Sequence record: PZ154896.1
Source of the DNA: a phage
Strand: one strand, 5' to 3'
Length of the DNA stretch: 64,000 nt
The notes beneath the pieces were generated by a model. It was not told the origin of the DNA. It worked only from the letters and a program-made list of their open reading frames with translations, and did not search any database. The translations under genes were made by a program, and so were the position numbers. Shown here piece after piece: positions 55,059 to 64,000 of the stretch (position 1 is its first letter; each line of letters begins with the position of its first letter).

Positions 55059-56186
55059 ATGGAAAAATTTATGGCTAAGTTTGGACAAGGATACGTCCAA
55101 ACGCCATTTTTATCGGAAAGCAATTCAGTACGATTTAAATTAAGCATAGCGGGCTCTTGTCCGCTATCAACAACTCCTACTTATATTAAGTTCCAAGATA
55201 ATCCACTTGGGTCCCAGGTTTTTTCCGTTGGATTAAACGTTCGTGTAATAAATCCTACAACAGGTGCAGTAGTTGAATCTAAGTCATATAATTTCTCTAC
55301 TGAAAACGACACCACGTCAAGTGCATTTGTTACTTTCATGGACGCATATGCTTCTAATTTTATATTTGCTCTTGTTACTAACGCTAAAACAAACTTTCCA
55401 CCCGAAGTTCTTGCATGGTTTACTAAAGCTGGGAGTTCTGTTATTCCATTAGCCCAACAAGTTTTAAATATAGTGGACATTTCTTATTCGGCGTTTTATA
55501 TTTCTGGTAAGAATGCTATAGCACTAGAGCATATTAAGTATAGTAATAAGAAAACTTCAACTGACTATAGTACACCACTTGATGTTGTGTACGACACGAT
55601 CGATGATATTGGTGCTACCGGCTTCCCTAGCCGTACATACGAATCAACAGACACATTTTTATCTGCTGTTGGAGGTACTAATAATGAAATTAAAAGGATG
55701 CCTACAACATCCCTTATTACACCTCTCGCTGGGTATAAATTGAAGCCTGGAGATTTCCTTTATATGAAATTCCAACTAATGGCCGATGCCGATTTGTTAG
55801 CACAAGGGACGACACGACTTTCTATTCGTTTCTTTAAATCTCCTTCTACTTCACCTATTTCATTTAAAGATATAAACTTTGATGGGGGCGCAGGTGAATG
55901 GAAGATATATGAAGACTACATAGAAATTCCTGTTGGTGCTGACGGGTTCACGATTTATTGTTATCGTACAGCTCCGGTCGGGCAAGGTGGATTAAGAAAC
56001 GTTATATTCACTGAAGTATCATGTAATGGAAGCGTTTCAAAACCTGCTGAGTTTGGTATAAATGGTATTCGTGTAAATTATGTTTCAGAATCTTTAAGTG
56101 CCCCAGACATAATGACATTACCTACTCAATCTTCAACTGATACTGGTAAGGTATTTGGACAAGAATTTAAAGAAGCATCAGAATAA
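55059..56186 (+). CDS. 35: long tail fibre hinge connector
   Basis: 375 aa; synteny. Confidence 0.85.
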   Translation: MEKFMAKFGQGYVQTPFLSESNSVRFKLSIAGSCPLSTTPTYIKFQDNPLGSQVFSVGLNVRVINPTTGAVVESKSYNFSTENDTTSSAFVTFMDAYASNFIFALVTNAKTNFPPEVLAWFTKAGSSVIPLAQQVLNIVDISYSAFYISGKNAIALEHIKYSNKKTSTDYSTPLDVVYDTIDDIGATGFPSRTYESTDTFLSAVGGTNNEIKRMPTTSLITPLAGYKLKPGDFLYMKFQLMADADLLAQGTTRLSIRFFKSPSTSPISFKDINFDGGAGEWKIYEDYIEIPVGADGFTIYCYRTAPVGQGGLRNVIFTEVSCNGSVSKPAEFGINGIRVNYVSESLSAPDIMTLPTQSSTDTGKVFGQEFKEASE

Positions 56187-56191
56187 ATTTA

Positions 56192-56209
56192 GGGAGCCCG
56201 AAGGCTCCC
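56192..56209 (+). terminator. tetraloop terminator after gene 35
   Basis: GGGAGCC-CGAA-GGCTCCC followed by ATTTTT. Confidence 0.6.
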
Positions 56210-56216
56210 ATTTTTG

Positions 56217-56224
56217 TATAAATA
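56217..56224 (+). promoter_or_regulatory. late promoter TATAAATA for gene 36
   Basis: exact motif following the gene 35 terminator hairpin. Confidence 0.6.
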
Positions 56225-56248
56225 TGGTATACATATAAGGAGACAACT

Positions 56249-56908
56249 ATGGCCGATTTAAAAGCTGGTAGTACAACTGGCGGTGCTGTTATATGGCACC
56301 AAGGTAATTTCCCTTTAATGCCAGCAGGTGATGACGTCCTGTATAAAACGTTTAAACTCTATTCAGAATATAATAAACCACAAGCGGCTGATAACGATTT
56401 CGTTTCTAAAGCTAATGGCGGTACTTATCTAGGCCGAGTTATCTTTAACAAGGGTATTCAAGTCCCGGCAGCTGGCAATGGTCTGACCGGGGTGTTTGTT
56501 GGGCCAGGTGATGGAGCAACTTATGATAAGGTTAACCTTGATATAGTATCTTGGTATGGTATCGGATTTAAATCATCTCAAGGAACAGGACCCAGGACAA
56601 TTGTTTTTAACGTTCGTGACGGTGAAATTTCGGCCCGTGGTAATATAAATTCACAGCGTCAAGTGCGAGCTGAAGCCGCAGCGCCCATTGCAGCAAATGA
56701 TCTCACAAGAAAAGATTATGTTGATGGACGAATAAATATTGTTACGGATAACGCAAATTCCCGTGTATTGCGTTCTGGCGATACCATGACTGGTACTTTA
56801 ACAGCACCAAACTTTTTCTCACAGAATCCGGCGTCTGAGGCTAATCATGTTCCTCGTTTCGACCAGATTGTAATTAAAGATTCTGTTCAAGATTTCGGCT
56901 ATTATTAA
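56249..56908 (+). CDS. 36: long tail fibre distal connector
   Basis: 219 aa; late promoter and SD AAGGAG upstream. Confidence 0.85.
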   Translation: MADLKAGSTTGGAVIWHQGNFPLMPAGDDVLYKTFKLYSEYNKPQAADNDFVSKANGGTYLGRVIFNKGIQVPAAGNGLTGVFVGPGDGATYDKVNLDIVSWYGIGFKSSQGTGPRTIVFNVRDGEISARGNINSQRQVRAEAAAPIAANDLTRKDYVDGRINIVTDNANSRVLRSGDTMTGTLTAPNFFSQNPASEANHVPRFDQIVIKDSVQDFGYY

Positions 56909-56916
56909 GAGGACTT

Positions 56917-59900
56917 ATGGCTACATTAAAACAGATACAATTTAAAAGAAGCAAAGTGGCAGGAGTTAATCCTACTGCAGCACAATTAGCCGAAGGCGAA
57001 TTAGCGATAAACTTAAAAGATCGAACTCTTTTTACTAAAGACGACCTCGGTAATATTATTAGCCTAGGCTTTGCTAAAGGCGGGGATATTAACGGTAATG
57101 TAACTCAAAATGGTGATTATTTACAAAACGGGACATTTAACCTTAACGGTAACCAGTTTGTTTATGCAGGAAAGTATATTGAATTCTTGCCAAAAACTGC
57201 TGGAAATGGCGCTTGGGCTAACCAACACACAAATAAAGCCCCTATCTTTACAGATTTGAGTTCAACTACTTCAACTTCTGAATACCACCCTTTGATTAAG
57301 CAACGTTATAAAGACGGTACTTTTTCAGTAGGTACATTAGTAAGCGAAGGCTCATTTAGAGTTCATTATATTGATTCTACAGCTCCAGACAATTCTAAAC
57401 ACTGGGTCTTTAACCGTAATGGTAATTTTATTGTAGATTCTGGTAGTATTGAGGTCCGCGCAGGTAATATTTCTGCGTCAGGCAATATTAACTCCGCTAA
57501 TGGTATAGTTTCTGCTCCACAAGTTAATACGAAAACCATTGTTTTAGACACAAAAGCATTCGGACAATATGATTCACAGTCATTAGTTCAATATGTTTAT
57601 CCTGGAACAGGTGAAGAAAATGGTATAAACTATCTTCGTAAAGTTCGAGCTAAATCAGGCGGAACTATTTACCATGAAATCGCTTCAGCTCAAACTGGTA
57701 AGAATGATGAAATTTCTTGGTGGACCGGAAATACACTTACTACTAAATTAATGGGTCTTCGTAATGATGGCGCAATGGTATTACGTCGTTCACTTGCTAT
57801 TGGCACAATTACCACTGATGAAAATACCAATAACTACGGCTCTCCTACTCCAATGGGAGAAAGATATATTGCTTTGGGCGATGCTGCCACTGGTTTAAAA
57901 TACATTAAGCAGGGTGTTTATGATTTAGTAGGTAATTGGAATTCTGTCGCATCTATTACACCTGACAGTTTCCGTAGTACTCGTAAAGGTATATTTGGTC
58001 GTTCCGAGGACCAAGGCACAACTTGGATTATGCCTGGAACCAACGCCGCTCTTTTATCAGTTCAAACACAAGCTGATAATAACAATGCTGGAGACGGTCA
58101 AACACATATCGGGTACAATGCTGGCGGTAAAATGAACCACTATTTCCGCGGTACAGGTCAGATGAATATCAATACCCAACAAGGTATGGAAATTAACCCC
58201 GGTATTTTGAAATTGGTAACTGGCTCTAATAATGTACAGTTTTATGCTGACGGCACTATTTCCTCTATCCAACCTGTTAAATTAGACAACGAATTATTTT
58301 TAAATAGTTCTAATAATACCGAAGGCCTTAAATTTGGTGCCCCTAGCAAAGTTGATGGCTCGAGAACTATCCAATGGAACGCCGGGACCCGTGCAGGACA
58401 AAATAAAAGTTATCTGACTATGAAAGCTTGGGGTAATGCATTCGACCCTACTGCCGGTAATCGTGAAACCGTATTTGAATTGTATGATGGTCAGGGCTAT
58501 CATTTTTATTCTCAACGTTTAGCTCCAACGGGTTCTGAAACTGTGGGTTCTCTTCAATTTAGAATTTCTGGCGCTTTACGTGTGGGTGGTGGTATTATAT
58601 CGGCCGGTTCTATTGTTAGTGAATCAAGTTTAGTTGCAAATAATGGATTATCTGTAAACGGACAAGCTAAATTTGGTGGAACAGCAAATGCATTGAGAAT
58701 TTGGAACGCCGAATATGGCGCAATTTTCCGTCGTTCAGAAACGGCATTGCACATTATTCCTACTCTTAAAGACCAAGGAGAAAATGGTGAAATAGGTAAT
58801 CTTCGTCCATTGAGCATCGCACTTCATAACGGTATGGTACAAATGCGTCATTCTGTCACGTTAGGTGATGATGGTGCTGGCGGTAATATGATTACAGTGG
58901 ACAATGATAACAAACTTGTTGTTGTTACTAGTAATTCTCGCATAAGTCCAAATTTCCGCATGCAAATAGGCCACTCGTCTTATATTGAGGCCGAATGCAC
59001 TAACTCTGTTCGCCCGGCGGGTGCTGGTTCGTTTGCTTCACAGAATAACGAAAATGTTCGTGCACCGTTCTATATGAATATCAACCGTGGCGATAATAGT
59101 ACTTATGTTCCTATTTTGAAACAACGTTATGTCCAAGGTAATAGTTGTTATTCGTTAGGGACCTTGATTAACGGCGGTAACTTTAGAGTTCATTATCATG
59201 AAGGTGGAGATAATGATTCGACCGGTCCTTTAATTAAAGACTTTGGATGGGAATTCAATAGAACCGGTGATTTTATTTCTCCTGGTAAATTGGGTGCAGG
59301 TACAGTTCGTATTGGTACTGATGGTAATATTACTGGTGGTTCTGGTAATTTTGCTAACTTGAATACCACAATAAATAACCTTAAGACGGATATTGTCTCA
59401 AGTTATCCAATTGGTGCTCCGATTCCTTGGCCTACTGATACACCTCCTGAAGGTTATGCCATCATGGAAGGCCAGACGTTTGATACTGACTTGTATCCTA
59501 AGTTAGCTGCGGTGTATCCTTCCGGCGCTCTGCCTGATATGCGTGGTCAAACTATCAAGGGTAAACCATCTGGGCGTGCTGTATTAAGTACAGAAGAAGA
59601 CGGTGTTAAGTCACATAGCCATAGTGCAAGTGCATCAAGCACGGATTTAGGTACTAAGACCACTTCTAGTTTTGATTACGGTAGCAAAACGACTTCAAGC
59701 TTTGATTATGGTACTAAAACCAGTAATACTACTGGTAACCATAACCATACAGTGAGTGGTAATACTAGTGCCGCTGGTAACCACCAGCACTCACAAACTG
59801 GCCCAAGGGGTCCTAATAACCAACCAACAGGAATATATCCTAATGGAGCTACTGCAATTAGTGGATCCCAGGTTCTTTCTTTTGCCACAAGCGACAAAAT

Positions 59901-60162
59901 CGTGCCTGGTATAGGCCAATATATTGCAAAGTCATCGACAGAAGGTAACCATACCCACTCTTGGTCAGGAACTACTAGCACCACAGGTAACCATGCCCAC
60001 ACTGTCGGTATTGGTGCACATACACATACTGTAGGCATAGGTGCTCATACTCACACGGTAGCTATTGGTTCCCATGGTCATACAATAACCGTAAATGCCA
60101 CAGGAAATACAGAAAACACAGTTAAAAACGTTGCTTTTAACTATATCGTTCGTTTAGCATAA
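56917..60162 (+). CDS. 37: long tail fibre distal subunit (receptor-binding)
   Basis: 1081 aa; C-terminal His-x-His boxes and conserved C-terminus NYIVRLA as in T4 gp37. Confidence 0.93.
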   Translation: MATLKQIQFKRSKVAGVNPTAAQLAEGELAINLKDRTLFTKDDLGNIISLGFAKGGDINGNVTQNGDYLQNGTFNLNGNQFVYAGKYIEFLPKTAGNGAWANQHTNKAPIFTDLSSTTSTSEYHPLIKQRYKDGTFSVGTLVSEGSFRVHYIDSTAPDNSKHWVFNRNGNFIVDSGSIEVRAGNISASGNINSANGIVSAPQVNTKTIVLDTKAFGQYDSQSLVQYVYPGTGEENGINYLRKVRAKSGGTIYHEIASAQTGKNDEISWWTGNTLTTKLMGLRNDGAMVLRRSLAIGTITTDENTNNYGSPTPMGERYIALGDAATGLKYIKQGVYDLVGNWNSVASITPDSFRSTRKGIFGRSEDQGTTWIMPGTNAALLSVQTQADNNNAGDGQTHIGYNAGGKMNHYFRGTGQMNINTQQGMEINPGILKLVTGSNNVQFYADGTISSIQPVKLDNELFLNSSNNTEGLKFGAPSKVDGSRTIQWNAGTRAGQNKSYLTMKAWGNAFDPTAGNRETVFELYDGQGYHFYSQRLAPTGSETVGSLQFRISGALRVGGGIISAGSIVSESSLVANNGLSVNGQAKFGGTANALRIWNAEYGAIFRRSETALHIIPTLKDQGENGEIGNLRPLSIALHNGMVQMRHSVTLGDDGAGGNMITVDNDNKLVVVTSNSRISPNFRMQIGHSSYIEAECTNSVRPAGAGSFASQNNENVRAPFYMNINRGDNSTYVPILKQRYVQGNSCYSLGTLINGGNFRVHYHEGGDNDSTGPLIKDFGWEFNRTGDFISPGKLGAGTVRIGTDGNITGGSGNFANLNTTINNLKTDIVSSYPIGAPIPWPTDTPPEGYAIMEGQTFDTDLYPKLAAVYPSGALPDMRGQTIKGKPSGRAVLSTEEDGVKSHSHSASASSTDLGTKTTSSFDYGSKTTSSFDYGTKTSNTTGNHNHTVSGNTSAAGNHQHSQTGPRGPNNQPTGIYPNGATAISGSQVLSFATSDKIVPGIGQYIAKSSTEGNHTHSWSGTTSTTGNHAHTVGIGAHTHTVGIGAHTHTVAIGSHGHTITVNATGNTENTVKNVAFNYIVRLA
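59640..59730 (+). repeat. in-frame tandem repeats in gene 37 ([10 protein letters not shown] units)
   Basis: about 2.5 copies of a 30-nt unit encoding [10 protein letters not shown] / [10 protein letters not shown] / GTKTSN. Confidence 0.6.
59990..60080 (+). repeat. in-frame His-box tandem repeats in gene 37 (HTVGIGAHT units)
   Basis: 27-nt units encoding [33 protein letters not shown]. Confidence 0.6.
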
Positions 60163-60166
60163 GGAG

Positions 60167-60184
60167 AAGGGACTTCGGTCCCTT
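60167..60184 (+). terminator. UUCG-tetraloop terminator after gene 37
   Basis: AAGGGAC-TTCG-GTCCCTT followed by TTT, upstream of gene 38. Confidence 0.6.
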
Positions 60185-60192
60185 TTTATAAT

Positions 60193-60744
60193 ATGAAACT
60201 CTATCACTATTATTTTGACACTAAAGAATTTTACAAAGAAGAAAATTATAAACCATTAAAAGGCGTAGGATTTCCGGCTCATTCGACACCAAAAAAACCT
60301 TTAGACCCTAAAGAAGGCTATGCTGTTATATTTGACGAACGCGAACAAGAATGGGTATATGTTGAAGACCATCGTGGAAAAACAGTATGGACTTATGATA
60401 AGCAAAAAATTGTTATTGACACTCCAGGTGCTCTTCAAAATGTTACTACAGAAGAACCTGGTGAATTTGACATTTGGACCGACGACGGGTGGAAGGAAGA
60501 TGAAGCATATAAACGCGTAGTTCAACGTGATAAGAAAATTCATGAACTCTATAAATTATTCAGTGTTTTAAGTTCTCTTATTGGCGCAGAGGTTGCTAAT
60601 AGAGAAGAAAAACGAAAATTTAAAGAGCTCAAAAAATTCTTTGCCCTTTTAGAAAAACATGAACATCTTGGCGGCGAATTCCCTAAATTCCCTGACCTTG
60701 AAAACAAATCTATTTTCAAAGCGATTATAAATATCTTTAAGTAA
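60193..60744 (+). CDS. 38: tail fibre assembly chaperone (T4-type gp38)
   Basis: 183 aa; full-length match to T4 gp38. Confidence 0.9.
   Translation: MKLYHYYFDTKEFYKEENYKPLKGVGFPAHSTPKKPLDPKEGYAVIFDEREQEWVYVEDHRGKTVWTYDKQKIVIDTPGALQNVTTEEPGEFDIWTDDGWKEDEAYKRVVQRDKKIHELYKLFSVLSSLIGAEVANREEKRKFKELKKFFALLEKHEHLGGEFPKFPDLENKSIFKAIINIFK
60726..60733 (+). promoter_or_regulatory. late promoter TATAAATA for holin t
   Basis: exact motif within 3' end of gene 38, 20 nt before t ATG; SD AAGGAGG. Confidence 0.6.
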
Positions 60745-60753
60745 GGAGGTATT

Positions 60754-61413
60754 ATGGCAACACCAAAAGTATCATTTTCGCCTAGTGATATTCTATTTGG
60801 GTTGCTAGATCGTATTTTCAAAGATAACGCTACTGGAAAGGTTTTAATGTCTCGAGTAGCGGTAATTATTCTTTTGTTCCTAATGGCACTAATATGGTAC
60901 AAAGGAAGTATTTTGCTGGATTATTATGTAAGAGCTAAGTATGATACTTATACTGAAATAATCCAAAAAGAACGAGCTTTACGTTTTGAATCTGCGGCTC
61001 TAGAACAACTGCAAATAGTTCATATCTCATCTGGTGCAGATTTTAGTGCTGTGTATTCTTTCAGACCTAAAAACTTAAATTATTTCGTCGACCTTATAGC
61101 TTACGAAGGCAAACTACCTAGCACAATTTCTGAAAAGTCCCTTGGCGGATTCCCTGTGGATAAAACGGCCAATGAATATATAATTCATTTAAGTGGCCGT
61201 CATTTCTCATCTAAATCAGAATTTGCATTTTTGCCTACAAAATCTAAGACTGCCGAACTTTCTTATATGTATAGTTGCCCATACTTTAATTTGGATAACA
61301 TCTATGCTGGAACTGTGACGATGTATTGGTATAAGGGGAGTAATATACTTGAGGAAGACCGCTTAGCGGCTATATGCAACCAAGCGGTCCGAATACTAGG
61401 AAGGGCTAAATAA
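60754..61413 (+). CDS. t: holin
   Basis: 219 aa; single N-terminal TMD and large periplasmic domain; full-length match to T4 T. Confidence 0.93.
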   Translation: MATPKVSFSPSDILFGLLDRIFKDNATGKVLMSRVAVIILLFLMALIWYKGSILLDYYVRAKYDTYTEIIQKERALRFESAALEQLQIVHISSGADFSAVYSFRPKNLNYFVDLIAYEGKLPSTISEKSLGGFPVDKTANEYIIHLSGRHFSSKSEFAFLPTKSKTAELSYMYSCPYFNLDNIYAGTVTMYWYKGSNILEEDRLAAICNQAVRILGRAK

Positions 61414-61686
61414 TTAGTTGTTAGAATACATCGCTAAATGACGATAAATATTTTCAAAACCTTCATTGAATTCACTAATCAGTGTTTTCTTTTCTTCGGC
61501 AGTTAAATTTGTAATTAGTTTTCTGAACGAATTCTGATTTAGCTGCCGACCATCTTTTTTAATTCCAATCTCATTCAAGAATCCGATGAAACTTGCTCGG
61601 TCTTCAACAATATCTTCCCTAGAGAATTTAATCAAAATAGAAGCAATAGTAATAATTTCGCGTACGATTTCAATGTCTTTATTCAT
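61414..61686 (-). CDS. asiA: anti-sigma70 factor
   Basis: 90 aa; full-length match to T4 AsiA. Confidence 0.9.
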   Translation of the reverse strand: MNKDIEIVREIITIASILIKFSREDIVEDRASFIGFLNEIGIKKDGRQLNQNSFRKLITNLTAEEKKTLISEFNEGFENIYRHLAMYSNN

Positions 61687-61732
61687 AACGTTTTATTCAT
61701 TCCACTTAGTTGATACGGATATAGTACCATTA

Positions 61733-61948
61733 TCAGTGTTGATTGTAAATGGCTTTTTCTACGCTTTTAACGTAATTGGTATAGTCTTCCTGTTCATACG
61801 AGTGTAAGGCCAAGAACTGAACTAATAGTTCATTATAGACTAAAGCCTCACGCTCACGTTCGGCCTCTACTACGTTCTGAAGATTATGACTCATATCGTT
61901 CCTTATAACTATCAATATAGTCCTGTATGTCGAAGAATGATATTTCAT
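61733..61948 (-). CDS. hypothetical protein
   Basis: 71 aa track ORF; overlaps next ORF in another frame, so the start is uncertain. Confidence 0.4.
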   Translation of the reverse strand: MKYHSSTYRTILIVIRNDMSHNLQNVVEAEREREALVYNELLVQFLALHSYEQEDYTNYVKSVEKAIYNQH

Positions 61949-62183
61949 ATTCTAGGGCATTAAGAGCCCGTTCTTCAGTATAGTCAGAACCAAAGACGAT
62001 AGTGATTTCGCCAGGCTTCATGTGATTGAAATCAACACTAAAAGGAATACGAGAACATACTTCGTCTGCCATATCTGCAACAACACTACGATATACTTCT
62101 CGGTTAACCTGATAAAGCTCTGCAAGTTCTTCACAACGAATAACAAGTTCAGTGGCAGGATTTTCTTTGATTTTAGTAAGCAT
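61884..62183 (-). CDS. hypothetical protein (candidate arn-region gene)
   Basis: 99 aa; lies between asiA and motA where T4 carries arn and arn.1-4; sequence not recognised with confidence. Confidence 0.45.
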   Translation of the reverse strand: MLTKIKENPATELVIRCEELAELYQVNREVYRSVVADMADEVCSRIPFSVDFNHMKPGEITIVFGSDYTEERALNALEYEISFFDIQDYIDSYKERYES

Positions 62184-62257
62184 AGTCTTTACCCTTATGT
62201 TTTTGTTTGCGTTTAGATTGAAGTTCTGATTTCTTCTTGTCCTTATGGACGGAAGCC

Positions 62258-62482
62258 TTATTGAAATCGTGTTTTGCTACAAGATTGTTCATAATGTTTT
62301 ATAACCTCGTTTAAACATTTATCGGTAAAAGAAAACTTTTTAGCCACAGAACATTCGATAATGTGCTCTTTCAAATCTTTAGAGTCAGTATATCCCATCT
62401 CAGTAATAAAGTGGCGAATTAAAGCTTTATTCTTATCATTAACAGAATTAAAATAATCTGCTTTAGAATCAATTATTCTCAT
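62258..62482 (-). CDS. hypothetical protein
   Basis: 74 aa ORF. Confidence 0.45.
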   Translation of the reverse strand: MRIIDSKADYFNSVNDKNKALIRHFITEMGYTDSKDLKEHIIECSVAKKFSFTDKCLNEVIKHYEQSCSKTRFQ

Positions 62483-62750
62483 CGTCTAATTTCCTTAATT
62501 GATATTGCAACGAGCTAATAATTTCTTCGTTCATTTTAATATACATGTCGCGCAAGAAAGGTTTTAACCCACCGCGAATAATTGCTAACGTATCACCTTT
62601 ACATAAATTAACCAAATAAGGATGGTCTAAAGCGTCCCAACCAGGCTGATTAGCATACATACCATAGTTTTCTTCCATCATATGATTAAGACGTTTGATA
62701 TCTTGGATACGCGATTCAATAGCATCTTTCTGGAGTTGTTTAATATTCAT
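62469..62750 (-). CDS. hypothetical protein
   Basis: 93 aa ORF. Confidence 0.45.
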   Translation of the reverse strand: MNIKQLQKDAIESRIQDIKRLNHMMEENYGMYANQPGWDALDHPYLVNLCKGDTLAIIRGGLKPFLRDMYIKMNEEIISSLQYQLRKLDDENN

Positions 62751-63211
62751 TAATAAAGGTCCTCTGAATAAAGTTCTTTCTCACTTCCACCACGTTCAAT
62801 ACGTACCTGTCCAGCATACGTTGCAATAATCATTGCTTCTTCGCGAGTCCAGTAATTAGAGTATTGGTCAATAAAGCCTTGGTCGTCACCACAAACTTGT
62901 TGCGAGACTAATTGAGGACCAACTATGTCAAGTACTTCAGCCATATCTTTAGAGTAATGACGAACTCCAGGAATAACCAGAGTTCCACCACTCTTCAATT
63001 TAAACCTATTAGCTGCACATACTATAACACGTTGAACTTTTTGGTCATTATTCCAATAGCACGTTTGCCAACAGATTTCAGGAACTTCATTCATTATATC
63101 ATCAGCAGAATAATTATAACCGTAGGACTGGAATTTTTCTGCTAGACTTTCAGGGGTCTCACGAGACAAGGCCAAATCTAATAGCTCTAAACGTTCTTTA
63201 AATGATTTCAT
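62750..63211 (-). CDS. hypothetical protein
   Basis: 153 aa ORF. Confidence 0.5.
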   Translation of the reverse strand: MKSFKERLELLDLALSRETPESLAEKFQSYGYNYSADDIMNEVPEICWQTCYWNNDQKVQRVIVCAANRFKLKSGGTLVIPGVRHYSKDMAEVLDIVGPQLVSQQVCGDDQGFIDQYSNYWTREEAMIIATYAGQVRIERGGSEKELYSEDLY

Positions 63212-63552
63212 TTAAACCATTCCTTAATACATTGCCAAATAGATTTTTGTGCTTGTTTATTTACACCAATCGAACGAATAACCGGTTGTGACTGCTGATA
63301 TTCTTTATAATCTTCTTTATAGATTTCGTAAGCTGCATCAACAAATGAACTGATAGCTGCCATAAAGTTTTTACGTATACCGCCAGGAGCTACTCCATTA
63401 GGGAATTCAGAATTTTCGCGAATAATTAAATATAACCCAGCTTTAACTTTAACTATAGTTCCAAGATAAGCCCCGTGGTACCAAATATCCCATCCTTCCT
63501 GAGTAGGTTCTGCACATTTACGAAGTTCGTTAATAATATTCAGCTTATTCAT
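63208..63552 (-). CDS. hypothetical protein (motA.1 position)
   Basis: 114 aa ORF immediately downstream of motA. Confidence 0.5.
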   Translation of the reverse strand: MNKLNIINELRKCAEPTQEGWDIWYHGAYLGTIVKVKAGLYLIIRENSEFPNGVAPGGIRKNFMAAISSFVDAAYEIYKEDYKEYQQSQPVIRSIGVNKQAQKSIWQCIKEWFK

Positions 63553-63562
63553 TATGTATTCC

Positions 63563-64000
63563 TCACAGTACGTTAGTTACAAGGGTAATGATTTCTTTGG
63601 ACACATTAGGGAAGTCAATGTAAGTATATTTACCACCGATCTTAATCTTAACATCATTTTCAAGAGAAGTAAACAGCTTTGATTCAGTTTCTGACATGTT
63701 GTATGCAAATATTCTAAGACAACCATCTCGACGAATTTCGATCTGACGAATACCTAGAACTCGTTTTGCAAATCGAACTTCCAAGTTACTACGGTTTTCA
63801 CCAATTTCTTTAACTTCAACTTTATCTTTAATATTTTCAAAAACAAAGTTTGCTAATTCATGCATTTCGGGAGTAACTCCACGTGCTTTTCTAGTGTTAC
63901 GTTTCTGAAGAAGTTCTGGAGCATTTTCTTGGGCAAAGAGGTCTGCAGCTTTTTGGATAATATCCATTGCTTCGCCTGTTGCTATAAGTCCATCACCAGA
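63563..64000 (-). CDS. motA: MotA middle-transcription activator, C-terminal part (5' end beyond window)
   Basis: frame stays open to the window edge; SGDGLIATGEAMDIIQKAADLFAQENAPELLQKR matches the T4 MotA linker/C-terminal region. Confidence 0.8.
   Translation of the reverse strand, partial: SGDGLIATGEAMDIIQKAADLFAQENAPELLQKRNTRKARGVTPEMHELANFVFENIKDKVEVKEIGENRSNLEVRFAKRVLGIRQIEIRRDGCLRIFAYNMSETESKLFTSLENDVKIKIGGKYTYIDFPNVSKEIITLVTNVL

Noticed and set aside
59990-60080. His-box repeats considered as a CRISPR-like or mobile repeat array
   Set aside because: The repeats are in-frame within gene 37 and correspond to the known HxH metal-binding motif of the fibre tip

Overview
This window is a contiguous, gene-dense block of a T4-like myovirus (T-even phage) genome, collinear with phage T4 from gene 16 (terminase small subunit) through the 3' part of motA. 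The protein identities rest on my recall of T4 protein sequences compared against the supplied ORF translations; no search was run. It contains the packaging, head and tail-sheath/tube module (16-24) on the + strand, then rnlB, hoc, inh, uvsW, uvsY, the baseplate hub/tape-measure module (25, 26, 51, 27, 28, 29, 48, 54), alt, DNA ligase (30), a run of small early genes, rIII, 31, cd, pseT, a spanin pair, alc, rnlA, denA, nrdB, nrdA, td, frd, 32, 59, 33, dsbA, rnh, the long tail fibre genes 34-38, holin t, asiA and partial motA. Regulation is T4-like: TATAAATA late promoters before structural genes, GTTTAC-N17/18-TAnTAT early promoters before - strand early genes, and GC-rich tetraloop hairpin terminators. 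The most unusual content is a 3-deoxy-7-phosphoheptulonate (DAHP) synthase gene translationally coupled to cd; T4 has only small cd.x ORFs in this interval. Other departures from T4 are the absence of seg homing endonucleases and of td/nrdB introns, an antisense early gene between 23 and 24, an ORF-poor 365 bp island next to rIII, and two short ORFs missed by the 60-aa track. No rRNA, tRNA, CRISPR array or transposable element was found.
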